From Myxococcota bacterium (GTDB lineage: Bacteria > Myxococcota_A > UBA9042 > PHBI01 > JAWLBL01), in contig JAWLBL010000009.1 of assembly GCA_041687695.1 (NCBI GenBank), positions 75,634-139,633 of the forward strand: a stretch of 64,000 bases of DNA, in the 5' to 3' direction. Position numbers and translations under genes: made by a program. The stretch's first letter is position 1. The number at the start of each line of letters is the position of its first letter. The notes below the pieces were generated by a model that made no database searches, was not told where the DNA came from, and saw only the letters and a list, made by a program, of their open reading frames with translations. This document shows, piece by piece, positions 20,831 through 29,681 of the stretch.

Positions 20831-21223
20831 ATGACCGACCGAGACCAGGACCTGGGCCAGCACGACGACGACGACGCGTTCATCTTCGCGGCCCTGCGCT
20901 TCGACGGCTACGCGTTCCGGGACGCGACCGGCTTCGACGACCACGCCGCGTTCGAGCGGGCGCGAGACGAGGGGCCGGACGGCCTCACGCTCGAGCAGCG
21001 CTTCGCGCTGTTGTTCCTGTTGCAGCGCTACCTCTACAAGTGGGGCGGCGAGCGGCTGTCGCGGAGCGGCCCCGAGTGGCGGCTGTTCAGACGGCTGTTC
21101 GTCGAGCTGGCGCCCCAGGATGCGCCTGAACGCTATCGCGTCGACGACTACGACCGGCGGTGGCGCGAGCTGCCCGAGGCCCGCCGGGCCGCGGCCGTCG
21201 AACGCGCCAGTCGAGCCATCTGA
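20831..21223 (+). CDS. Hypothetical protein
   Basis: Protein-like composition (ALRFDGY, LFLLQRYLYKWGGE); GC3 bias. Confidence 0.7.
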   Translation: MTDRDQDLGQHDDDDAFIFAALRFDGYAFRDATGFDDHAAFERARDEGPDGLTLEQRFALLFLLQRYLYKWGGERLSRSGPEWRLFRRLFVELAPQDAPERYRVDDYDRRWRELPEARRAAAVERASRAI

Positions 21224-21401
21224 CGAGGTGGCCGTGGTCCCCGGCGCGATCCTCACGAGGTCGGCCGCGGACCAGCGTGGCCGCCCATGCGCGGGCCAAG
21301 GCAACGCCAGACCCCGCCGGTGGGGCTTCGATCCCACACCTGCGGGCGTCGCCCGGCGGGCGCGGGCCGCGTCCTCGGCCGGATACGAGGCCGCGGGTCG
21401 C

Positions 21402-21417
21402 TGGCACGATCTTTGAT
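21402..21417 (+). promoter_or_regulatory. Possible sigma-54 promoter
   Basis: TGGCACG-ATCT-TTGAT; one mismatch in the -12 box; about 90 nt upstream of 21506. Confidence 0.4.
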
Positions 21418-21505
21418 CCCTGCACGGGACGCGGGGCCGAGCCAGCGGTTGACGGTCGGTCGCGGAGGTGACGGAGCCCCGCCCAGCGCATCAGGGAGAG
21501 TCGAG

Positions 21506-22159
21506 ATGAAGAGCACACACGGGGAGAGCCGCGCGGGGCGTCTCGCGCTCGAGCGCGCGCGTCGGGCCATGGGCGAGCTGCTGGCCTGGGGGCCGCGAGG
21601 CTGCGTCGAGATCGTGCGCGCGGTCGCGTCGGTGGACGAGGAGGCCGGCCGCCAGGCGCTGCTCGAGCGGCTCGAGGCGGGCCCGCGGGACGCGGTGACG
21701 GTCGAGACGCTGCTCGAGGCGATGGTCGCGGCGGACATCGCGCCCATGGAGGCGCGGCTACGTCGACTGGCGGTGGACGAGACGCGGTCCTTGCGGGTGC
21801 GGGGCCTGGCGTTCGAGGCCTGGGCGCGCTGGGGCGATGCGGTCGCGCTCATCCGGGGGATGTTGCGCGCGGGCCCGGTCGACGCCACGAGCGACTGGCT
21901 CATCGCCTACCTGGCGGGCGCCATGGTGCGCGCGGGGGCCCCCGAGACGGCCGCGCGCCTGGCGCTGCTGCTGGCGATGACGGGGCGGTCGGCGCAGATG
22001 CTGGACCTGATGGAGCACGTCCGGCGCGACGTCGGGGCGGCGGCCACGGACGCCTACGCCGCCTTGCTGGAGCTGCCAGCCCTGAGCTGGGCTCGCCCGC
22101 GCTGGCTGGCGATCATCGACGCCGAGGCGTGGGACGCGCCGCTGTCGTCGGCCGCGTGA
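21506..22159 (+). CDS. Hypothetical helical protein
   Basis: GGAGAG RBS; Ala/Leu-rich helical ORF with GC3 bias. Confidence 0.6.
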   Translation: MKSTHGESRAGRLALERARRAMGELLAWGPRGCVEIVRAVASVDEEAGRQALLERLEAGPRDAVTVETLLEAMVAADIAPMEARLRRLAVDETRSLRVRGLAFEAWARWGDAVALIRGMLRAGPVDATSDWLIAYLAGAMVRAGAPETAARLALLLAMTGRSAQMLDLMEHVRRDVGAAATDAYAALLELPALSWARPRWLAIIDAEAWDAPLSSAA

Positions 22160-22212
22160 GGACGCGGGCGCGGCGCCGTGATGCACGCGGCGCCGCGTCC
22201 CCCGCGCGCGGG

Positions 22213-23685
22213 TCAGTCGAGCAGGTTGGCCCGGGCGTCCGCCTCGGGGTCGCCATCGTTGGCCCGGGCGCGCACGTCGAAGTACAGCTCGAGCATCAGA
22301 CAGACGGCGTAGGCGCCGAAGACGGCCGAGAGCACCGCGCCCACCAGCGGGGTGAGGATGACCCCGACGAAGGGCACGAGCCCGACCACGATGCCCAGCA
22401 CGATGCTGAGCACGGCGAAGCCGGCGCCGGCCGTCACCGCGATGAGGAACAGCCGCTTGGCGTCCTGCTTGAACAGGAAGAGGCTGCGCCGGTTCAGGGC
22501 CAGATTGCGTCGCCCCTCGACGAAGTAGACCGGCAGGGCGAAGGCCATCAGGAACATGCCGGGCACCAGGACGGCGATGAAGCCGACCAGCCCGACCACG
22601 CCCGCCAGCAAGAGGCTGACCAGGAACGGCACGGGCTGCTTGGTCATGTGCTTGACGGCGTCGATGGCGCTCAGGGGCGCGCCCAGCTCGCGGCGCAGGA
22701 AGTACAGATAGACGGCGCCGGTCGCGAACAGGTTGGCGACGCTGGCGACGAGCCCGATGAGCGAGACGATGCCCAACAGCGAGTTCACGTAGAAGGCCAG
22801 GATGTTGAGCACGGCCATCAGCCCGCTGATGGCGAGCAGCGGGAGCGTCGACTCCTTGATGGTCGGGAAGAAGCCGCTCCAGGCGGACACGAGCGGCGCC
22901 TTGACGTCGTCGAAGGAGACCGGCGGCGACTGCTTCCAGCCCTTGAAGAGGTCGAGCGCGCCATGGACGGCGCCGAGGATGAGGCCCTTGAAGGCGACGG
23001 GGAACGCGGCGTCGTCGAGCGAGGCCAGCTCGTCGTGGGCGGTCGGGCCGCTCGGACGGGGCTCGGGGCGGCTCGCCTGGGGCGCCTGGGGCGCCGGATC
23101 GGGGTGGCTCGCCTGGGGCGCCGGCTCCGGGCGGCTCGCCTGGGGCGCCGGCTCGGGTCGGCTCGCCTGCGGCGCCGGTTCGGGCGCGCGGGGCGCCGGC
23201 TGGGCGGGCGGCGGCTCGTAGACGGGCGCGGCGGCCGCGGGCGCGGCGCTGGCGCCAGCGAGGGCCGGCTGGCGTGCGGCGACGGGAGCGGGCCGGGCGC
23301 TCTGGGCGGCGGCCGACTCGCCCATCAACGCCGCGATCTGATCGGCGTTGAGCATCGAGGTCTTGTCCGAGTCGACCGGCGCCGGCCGCTCGATGGCCTG
23401 GACCTGCAAGCGGCAGTCGCCGAGACAGAGGACGCTGCCGACTTCCATCGGGAGCGGCGCCCCGATGCGTTGACCGTCGGGCGTGTACGAGCCGTTGCTC
23501 GAGCCCACGTCGACGAACAGCAGGGTGCCGGCCTCGAAGCGCAGCTCGCCGTGACGCGTCGAGACGGTCGGGTCGTCGAGCGTGATGTCGGCGTTGCGGC
23601 GGCCGATGGTCGTCACCGGGGCCGCGAAGGCGCGCGTGGTCGTGGTCCGATCGCGGAGCGTGATGTGGAGCGTGTAGGAGGCCAT
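22213..23685 (-). CDS. FHA-domain membrane protein (FHA + Pro-rich linker + multi-TM domain)
   Basis: TIGRR...VSTRH...GSSNGS FHA motif; PEPAPQASR repeats; about 5 TM helices. Confidence 0.85.
   Translation of the reverse strand: MASYTLHITLRDRTTTTRAFAAPVTTIGRRNADITLDDPTVSTRHGELRFEAGTLLFVDVGSSNGSYTPDGQRIGAPLPMEVGSVLCLGDCRLQVQAIERPAPVDSDKTSMLNADQIAALMGESAAAQSARPAPVAARQPALAGASAAPAAAAPVYEPPPAQPAPRAPEPAPQASRPEPAPQASRPEPAPQASHPDPAPQAPQASRPEPRPSGPTAHDELASLDDAAFPVAFKGLILGAVHGALDLFKGWKQSPPVSFDDVKAPLVSAWSGFFPTIKESTLPLLAISGLMAVLNILAFYVNSLLGIVSLIGLVASVANLFATGAVYLYFLRRELGAPLSAIDAVKHMTKQPVPFLVSLLLAGVVGLVGFIAVLVPGMFLMAFALPVYFVEGRRNLALNRRSLFLFKQDAKRLFLIAVTAGAGFAVLSIVLGIVVGLVPFVGVILTPLVGAVLSAVFGAYAVCLMLELYFDVRARANDGDPEADARANLLD
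23060..23185 (-). repeat. 27-bp in-frame tandem repeat (PEPAPQASR, about 4 copies)
   Basis: Repeated GGCTCGCCTG(G/C)GGCGCCGG units. Confidence 0.8.
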
Positions 23686-23860
23686 GGGACGTCACCTGAT
23701 CGTGCGTGGCGTGCGGCGCGGCGCGGCCGGCGAGGGCGCCGACCGGTTCCGCGCGCGGACCATAGCGGGGTCCGCGCCCGTCGGGTAGTCCCGCGCGCGA
23801 TGTGAAGGCGTCGCGCGGGCCTCGAGCACGGCGCGCGAGGGCGCCGCCCGACGCGCGCGA

Positions 23861-24070
23861 TCAGCCGCGCCCGAGGCCCAGCAGGCGCGCGATGAGGCCG
23901 CGCGGCCGGTCGTCGCACAGGGCCGGCGCGCGCGCGAGGCCGTAGCGACGCATCAGGGCGTCCTCGACGCGTCGGACGCTGTGCGGGTCGGCGGGATCGT
24001 AGGCCAGCAGATCGAGCTCGATCCCCTCGTCGTCCTCGGGGAACGGCGGCGTGGCGTGGAGCGTGTGCAT
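23861..24070 (-). CDS. Small hypothetical protein
   Basis: 69 aa MHTLHATPPFPEDDEGIELDLLAYDP...; GC3 bias. Confidence 0.55.
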   Translation of the reverse strand: MHTLHATPPFPEDDEGIELDLLAYDPADPHSVRRVEDALMRRYGLARAPALCDDRPRGLIARLLGLGRG

Positions 24071-24233
24071 GAGGACAGCGTGAGCGACCTTCGTGTCAGT
24101 CGCGTGAAGCGCCGGCAACACTCGGGCGACGTGCGGCGCGCGGGCCGATGACGGATGCGGCGCGGGCCGAGGTGGATTGCTGCGGCGAAACCGGGCATGG
24201 TGCGCGCGCGACCCGTGCGTGGAGTGGGACGAG

Positions 24234-25202
24234 ATGCGAGTGATCCGGACGAAGTGGCGAGCCAGCTTGGTGGGGTGGACGTGCGCGCTGGCCCTCGGGG
24301 CCTGTGACGTCGCGAAGTTGCCGGCCGGCTCGGGAGACACCGGACCTCGCGCCGACGTCGACGCCGGAGCCGACTCGGGGCAGGACGAGCAGGACGGCCA
24401 GGACGATCTGGGCGACGCCGAGCCGGGGCCGGACGCGGTCGGGGACACGCTCGCGGACGCGGACTCCCTGCAAGGGGACGACACGATCGACGAGGACGCG
24501 GGCGACGAGGACGCGGGCGACGGGGACGCGGGCGACGGGGACTCGGGCGACGGCGATGCGGGCGACCTGGACTCGGGCGACGACGACTCGGGTGACCTGG
24601 ACTCGGGCGACGTCGCGGACGTCCCCGACACCTCCGACGACGACGCGGGCCCCGACGCCGCCGAGGACGCCACGCCCTCCAACCCCGATCTCGTCGACTT
24701 CGCGTGCTCCGACGCCAGCTGGACGCCCGGCCCGTGCGTCGCCGGCGTCGCGACCCACGTCCCGGCGACCCTGCCCGGCAGCCACATCGCGTTCCCGCAG
24801 CCCATCGAGTACACCGACCATCCGCCCTCCAGCGGACCCCACCGCGGGCATTGGGCCGTTTGGGGCGAGTACGACTTCCTGCCCCCGCAGAACTGGGTCC
24901 ACAACCTCGAGCACGGCGGCGTCGCCTTCCTCTACCACCCGTGCGCCCCGGCGGCGGTGGTCGACTACCTGCGCGCCCTCGCCCAGACGCGTCCGGCCGA
25001 CGACGGCGGCCCCTTCCGCTGGGTGCTGACGCCGTATCCCGACCTCCCCAGCGCGATCGCGGTCGTCGCCTGGGAGCACACCTACACCGCCGAGTGCGTG
25101 TCGGCCCCCGAGATCTCCGCCTTCATCGACGCCAACTACCGCCAAGCTCCCGAGGACATCGCCACCGACGGCTCCTACTCGCTGGGCTGGCTCGGCAAGT
25201 AG
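24234..25202 (+). CDS. DUF3105-domain lipoprotein with acidic repeat linker
   Basis: Lipobox LGAC; D(A/S)GDx 15-bp repeats; PPSSGPH, WVHNLEHGGV, PYPDLPSAIAVVAW. Confidence 0.85.
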   Translation: MRVIRTKWRASLVGWTCALALGACDVAKLPAGSGDTGPRADVDAGADSGQDEQDGQDDLGDAEPGPDAVGDTLADADSLQGDDTIDEDAGDEDAGDGDAGDGDSGDGDAGDLDSGDDDSGDLDSGDVADVPDTSDDDAGPDAAEDATPSNPDLVDFACSDASWTPGPCVAGVATHVPATLPGSHIAFPQPIEYTDHPPSSGPHRGHWAVWGEYDFLPPQNWVHNLEHGGVAFLYHPCAPAAVVDYLRALAQTRPADDGGPFRWVLTPYPDLPSAIAVVAWEHTYTAECVSAPEISAFIDANYRQAPEDIATDGSYSLGWLGK

Positions 25203-25255
25203 GCTTCACCCTCCCCGCGAGGCGCTTAGGGTGTCCGGGCCGCGTCCCCCCCCTA

Positions 25256-25421
25256 GGAGGCTGTAGTGAATAATGGGATTCGTCGGATCCGAGCCGAGGT
25301 CGGAGCAGATCCGGTTCCGAGGGACCGAGGTGAACCGGGCGGTTCGCCGCAGCGTCTCTCGGGGCCGGAGCTGCCCGAGATCGGCCGGAGCCGGCGAATC
25401 AGCTTATTCACTACAGCCTCC
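25256..25421. mobile_element. MITE (non-autonomous IS derivative), about 166 bp
   Basis: Perfect 18-bp terminal inverted repeats GGAGGCTGTAGTGAATAA / TTATTCACTACAGCCTCC, flanked by TA on both sides; no transposase. Confidence 0.75.
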
Positions 25422-25441
25422 TAACCCCCCGAGGCCTAGCC

Positions 25442-25819
25442 ATGAACGCCCCCTCCCGCCGCGTCGCCCCGCGCCTGGCCGCGCTCGCCTTCCTCGCGTT
25501 CGCCGCCTGCAGCGGAGGCGCCGAGGCCGGCTACGCCCCGCTGCCCTCCGAAGGCTCGCCGGTCCCCGGCCCCTCGATCCTGCAGTTCACGTCCAGCGTC
25601 GACGCCAGCCACAGCCACCGCGTCACCCTGAGCGCCTCCGAGCTCGCGAGCCCGCCGGTCGGCGGCATCGCCCGCCAGACCACCCGCACCTTCGGCCACT
25701 TCCACCGCGTCAGCCTGACCGAGGTCGAGCTCCGCGCCATCCACTCCGGCCGCACCGTCGTCAAGGAGACCACCTCCAGCGACGGACACAGCCACCGCTT
25801 CACCTTCCGCATCCGCTGA
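25442..25819 (+). CDS. Small lipoprotein with three HxH motifs (putative metal binding)
   Basis: Lipobox FAAC; HSHRVTL, HFHRVSL, HSHRFTF. Confidence 0.75.
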   Translation: MNAPSRRVAPRLAALAFLAFAACSGGAEAGYAPLPSEGSPVPGPSILQFTSSVDASHSHRVTLSASELASPPVGGIARQTTRTFGHFHRVSLTEVELRAIHSGRTVVKETTSSDGHSHRFTFRIR

Positions 25820-25937
25820 CGCCTCCGAGGGCGCTCGCGGACCGGCGCTCGAAGCCCATGTTCTGGATGCCTCCCTGCGCTCGGACTAGCCTCCGCAGTG
25901 TGGCCGCCCCGCGGCCTGAGGAGGTTGGTTCGTCACC

Positions 25938-27101
25938 ATGGGTCCGGTCGCGCTCGCTGAGCTGCTCGGTCGCGCTCGAGAGATCGCGCGCGACGTCGTC
26001 TCCCCCCTCGCCGCCGCGGTGGATCACGAGGCCCGCTGGCCGACCGAGGCGATCCGCGCGCTCCTCGACGCGGGGCTGGGGGGGCTCGTCATCCCGGCCC
26101 GCTACGGCGGGGACGGACACGGCCTCGAGGCCCTCGCCGCCGTCTGCGAGATCCTGGGGCGCGCCTGCGCCTCCACCGCGCTCTGCTTCGGCATGCACTC
26201 GGTCGCCGCCGCGTGCCTGTCCGCCAAGCCGACGCGCCATCAGGTCGAGGCCTACCTCGAACCGATCGCCCGGGGCCGCCACCTGACGACCCTGGCCCTC
26301 AGCGAACCTGGCAGCGGCGCCCACTTCTACTTCCCCGAGACCCGCCTCGAACACGTCGCCCCCGGCACCCTGCGCGTCCACGGCACCAAGTCCTTCGTCA
26401 CCAACGGCGGCCACGCCGACTCGTACGTCATCTCGCTGGTCGCGGGCGATCCCGACGCCCCACCCGGCCACTTCTCGATGCTGGTGGTCCCCCGCGACGC
26501 CCCGGGGGTCGGCCATGGCCCCGAGTGGCGCGGCCTCGGCGTGCGCGGCAACTCGGCGCGGACCGTCACCTTCGAGGGGGTCGGCGTCACCGAGGCCGAC
26601 CTGCTGGGCGCCGAGGGCGACCAGATCTGGTACGTGTTCTCCATCGTGGCGCCCTACTTCCTGATGGCGATGGCCGGGACCTACCTCGGCGTCGCCGCCG
26701 CGGCCCTGGACGAGACCCGCGAGCGCCTGACCGATCGCCGCTACAGCCACAGCGGCGCCAGCCTGTCGGAGGCCAGCGTCCTCCAGCACCGCTTTGGCAC
26801 CCTCTGGGCGATGGGCGCCCGCTCCCGCGCCCTCGTGGCCGAAGCGGCGCGCGCGGGCGATCGCGGCGACCCCGAGGCGCTCGCCCTGCTCTGCGCGGCC
26901 AAGGCCGACGTGGCCGACTGCGCCGTGGCGGTGACCAACGAGGCCATGACACTGGGCGGGGGCCGCGCTTATCGTGAACACAGCGCCATGCATCGCCACC
27001 TGCGCGACGCGCGCGCGGCGCACGTCATGGCCCCGACGACCGATCTGCTCCGCGTCTGGACCGGACGCGCGCTGCTCGACCAACCGCTGCTCGCCGACTG
27101 A
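25938..27101 (+). CDS. Acyl-CoA dehydrogenase-superfamily flavoprotein
   Basis: LALSEPGSG, GTKSFVTNG, GLGVRGNS, AMTLGGGRAY, RHLRDAR; GAGGAGG RBS. Confidence 0.9.
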   Translation: MGPVALAELLGRAREIARDVVSPLAAAVDHEARWPTEAIRALLDAGLGGLVIPARYGGDGHGLEALAAVCEILGRACASTALCFGMHSVAAACLSAKPTRHQVEAYLEPIARGRHLTTLALSEPGSGAHFYFPETRLEHVAPGTLRVHGTKSFVTNGGHADSYVISLVAGDPDAPPGHFSMLVVPRDAPGVGHGPEWRGLGVRGNSARTVTFEGVGVTEADLLGAEGDQIWYVFSIVAPYFLMAMAGTYLGVAAAALDETRERLTDRRYSHSGASLSEASVLQHRFGTLWAMGARSRALVAEAARAGDRGDPEALALLCAAKADVADCAVAVTNEAMTLGGGRAYREHSAMHRHLRDARAAHVMAPTTDLLRVWTGRALLDQPLLAD

Positions 27102-27103
27102 GG

Positions 27104-28687
27104 ATGCCCGCCGCCACCGTCCTCGCCGTGGGGCTCGAGCCGTCCCACCTCGCCACCCTGTCGGAGGCGCTCAGCGCCGACGCCGATCTGCGCCTCGAGC
27201 CGGCGCGGGACCCGAGTGACGCCGCCAGTCGTCTGGACGGCCTGGCCCCGGCCCTGGGCGCGCTCGTCCTCGAGCCCCACGCGCTCGCGGACCTCACGCT
27301 GCTCCAGCGCGCTCGCGACGTGGCCCCACACGTCGAGACGCTGGTCGTCGTGCGCGACGACGAGCTGGCCCGCTGGCGCGACGCCTTGCGGACCTCGCCT
27401 CGCATCGGCCCCTACGTCGCCTGCCTGCCATGGCGCGACGCGACCAGCGCGGCCGCCGTCTCCCAGGCGGTGGGCCGCACGCGCCAGCGGCTGCGGCACC
27501 AGCGCGAGCTCGCGATCGCGAACGCCCGCCTGCCGGCGGTCCCCACCGTGGTCGCGGATCCCGAGCTCTCCGTGGCGCTGCGTCGCAGTGAGGAGCGCTT
27601 CCGGCTGCTCGTCGACGGCGTGCGCGACCATGCCATCATCATGGTCGGCGTGGACGGCCGCATCGAGAGCTGGAACCCCGGCGCTCAGCGCATCCACGGC
27701 TTCACCGCGGCCGAGGTCGTCGGGCGCGCCGCGGGGCGCCTCTTCTGGTCCCAGGACCCGGAGGACGACCCGCTCGAGCCCCAGCTCGCCCTCAGCCGCG
27801 TGGCCGGCCGGGCCGAGTTCCAGGCCCAGGGCCTGCGCCGGGACGGCTCGCGCTTCGTCGCGCACGTGGTCGTCAGCGCCCTGACCGAAGCGCACACCGA
27901 CCGTGGCTTCGCCCTGGTCGAGCGCGACGTCACCGACCGCGTCGAGGCCGATCTCAAGCGCGAGGCCCTGGTCGAGGAGCTGGCCGAGGCCCTGCGCGCC
28001 CGCGACTTGTTCCTGTCCATCGCCTCGCACGAGCTGAACACGCCGCTGACCGGCCTCATCCTCAAGCTCCAGGGCCTGCTCCGCCGCTGGCGGCGCGCTC
28101 CGGGATCGATGTCGGCGCAGGCCGTCATCGATCGCGTGGCCTCGATGGAGACCCACGCCTTTCGCCTGTCGCACCTGGTCCGCGAGCTGCTGGACGTGAC
28201 CCGCATCGCCACCGGCGGGCTCGAGCTGTCGTCCGACGACGTGGACCTGGTTCAGCTCGTCCGCGACGTCGCCTCCCGGTTCGAGGCCCAGGCCGAGAGC
28301 GCGCAGGTGACCATGATGTTGCCCGACGGGCCGCCCGTGTGGATCCGCTGTGACGCGCTCCGGCTCGAACAGGTCGTCACCAACCTGATCTCGAACGCCC
28401 TGCGCCACGCCCCGGGCAGCCCCGTCGCCCTCACGGTCGACGTGGACGGCGCGGTCGCGCGGCTGACGGTCCGGGACGAGGGGCCCGGGATCCCTGCGGG
28501 CACCGAGGAGCGGATCTTCGAGCGCTTCGAGCGCCTCGAGAGCAGCGCGGACAAGGGCGGCCTCGGCCTCGGGCTGTGGCTGAGCCGCAAGCTGGTCGAG
28601 GCCTGCGGCGGACGCATCCGAGCACGCGCCGACGTGCCGTCCGGAGCCTGCTTCGTCGTGGAGTTGCCGCGCTCGCCGTCGGCCTGA
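27104..28687 (+). CDS. PAS-domain sensor histidine kinase with atypical (receiver-like?) N-terminus
   Basis: SWNPGAQRIHGF PAS; SIASHELNTPL H-box; NLISNA, DEGPGI, FERF, GGLGLGL. Confidence 0.92.
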   Translation: MPAATVLAVGLEPSHLATLSEALSADADLRLEPARDPSDAASRLDGLAPALGALVLEPHALADLTLLQRARDVAPHVETLVVVRDDELARWRDALRTSPRIGPYVACLPWRDATSAAAVSQAVGRTRQRLRHQRELAIANARLPAVPTVVADPELSVALRRSEERFRLLVDGVRDHAIIMVGVDGRIESWNPGAQRIHGFTAAEVVGRAAGRLFWSQDPEDDPLEPQLALSRVAGRAEFQAQGLRRDGSRFVAHVVVSALTEAHTDRGFALVERDVTDRVEADLKREALVEELAEALRARDLFLSIASHELNTPLTGLILKLQGLLRRWRRAPGSMSAQAVIDRVASMETHAFRLSHLVRELLDVTRIATGGLELSSDDVDLVQLVRDVASRFEAQAESAQVTMMLPDGPPVWIRCDALRLEQVVTNLISNALRHAPGSPVALTVDVDGAVARLTVRDEGPGIPAGTEERIFERFERLESSADKGGLGLGLWLSRKLVEACGGRIRARADVPSGACFVVELPRSPSA

Positions 28688-29021
28688 CGCGCCGCGACGC
28701 GGGTCGACCCGGGGCGAGGGGGCCGGTCGCGGAGGAAGGACACGTCGACGCCCCCGCGGTGCGACCGCGTCACGACGCGCGCGTCACGACGCCCGGAGTC
28801 GCGCTCGATCACAAGTGGTCCTAGCGGGTTACGGCCACGTCCGGGGGCCGACCCGCCATGACGCGGGACCCGGTTTCGGGGACTTGCGCGTCACGCCGGC
28901 CAGGTCATGGCCGCCGCCGAATCCCCTGCTAATCTGGGCCCACTTCGACGACGCTCCCGATCACCCACGATGACGCCGCGCGTCATTCTGGCCGACAATG
29001 ACGCACTTGCGTCATGCGTCA
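28685..29021. repeat. Array of ten TGACGC/GCGTCA boxes including two inverted pairs
   Basis: Copies at 28685, 28767, 28781, 28859, 28888, 28971, 28980, 28999, 29009, 29016. Confidence 0.7.
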
Positions 29022-29150
29022 CATTCGCAACCCGGCCACCCGCCCCCTGGGCGGACGGCGTAGCCTTCGAAAGGACGACGCCCCGCTGCCGGTCGGAACA
29101 TCGGCGAGCGGGGCGTGTTGATGAGGTCGGCTAACGGAAGGAGGCGGGAT

Positions 29151-29360
29151 CTAGCTGTTCGCGTACTCGATGCGAGCCTTGAGGCCCTGAGAGCACTTGA
29201 AGCACGGCGAATGCCTGACGTTCAGCGAGTTGGCGTTGACGTAGTCGTCGATGCACTCCGGGACGCGGACCTCACGATTGAGGAACTTGCAAAAGAAGGC
29301 TTCGGCGACTTTCTTCTTCGCGACAGGCGTAGGGGCCATCAGGACCATCCTCTTCTTCAT
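29151..29360 (-). CDS. Small basic Cys4 protein (possible Zn-binding)
   Basis: 69 aa, C-x11-C-x16-CxxC; sigma70-like promoter upstream. Confidence 0.7.
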   Translation of the reverse strand: MKKRMVLMAPTPVAKKKVAEAFFCKFLNREVRVPECIDDYVNANSLNVRHSPCFKCSQGLKARIEYANS

Positions 29361-29468
29361 GTGACGATCGCGGCGTCAGCCGACGGAGTGACGGCTCCGT
29401 CTGCGTGTGGGGCTGGCCACCGCGCGTTGCTCCCGAACAGCCAGGTTCCGAGGCCGGCTGCGAATCGT

Positions 29469-29498
29469 ACCGTAGGGTTTGGCCGGAAAGGGTGTCAA
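29469..29498 (-). promoter_or_regulatory. Sigma70-like promoter for the small Cys4 gene
   Basis: TTGACA-N18-TACGGT on the minus strand. Confidence 0.55.
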
Positions 29499-29681
29499 GC
29501 ATAAAGGCTGGGAATTCACTGCAGAATCCGGAATAGCGCGGAACCGTTTGGTGTTACGGGGCCGGCGCGCTGCAGGCACGCCTCCCGAGGGAGATCTTCC
29601 CCACGTTTTTCGTGCCACGCGGGCGTGACGCTCGCGTGGCTTTCTTCGGGCCCGCGCGGCCTTGTGGTAGGTTCTGCGCCC

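Noticed and set aside
15154..28687. Genomic island integrated at tRNA-Leu
   Set aside because: The block lies 5' of the tRNA, with no integrase, no duplicated tRNA end and host-like codon bias
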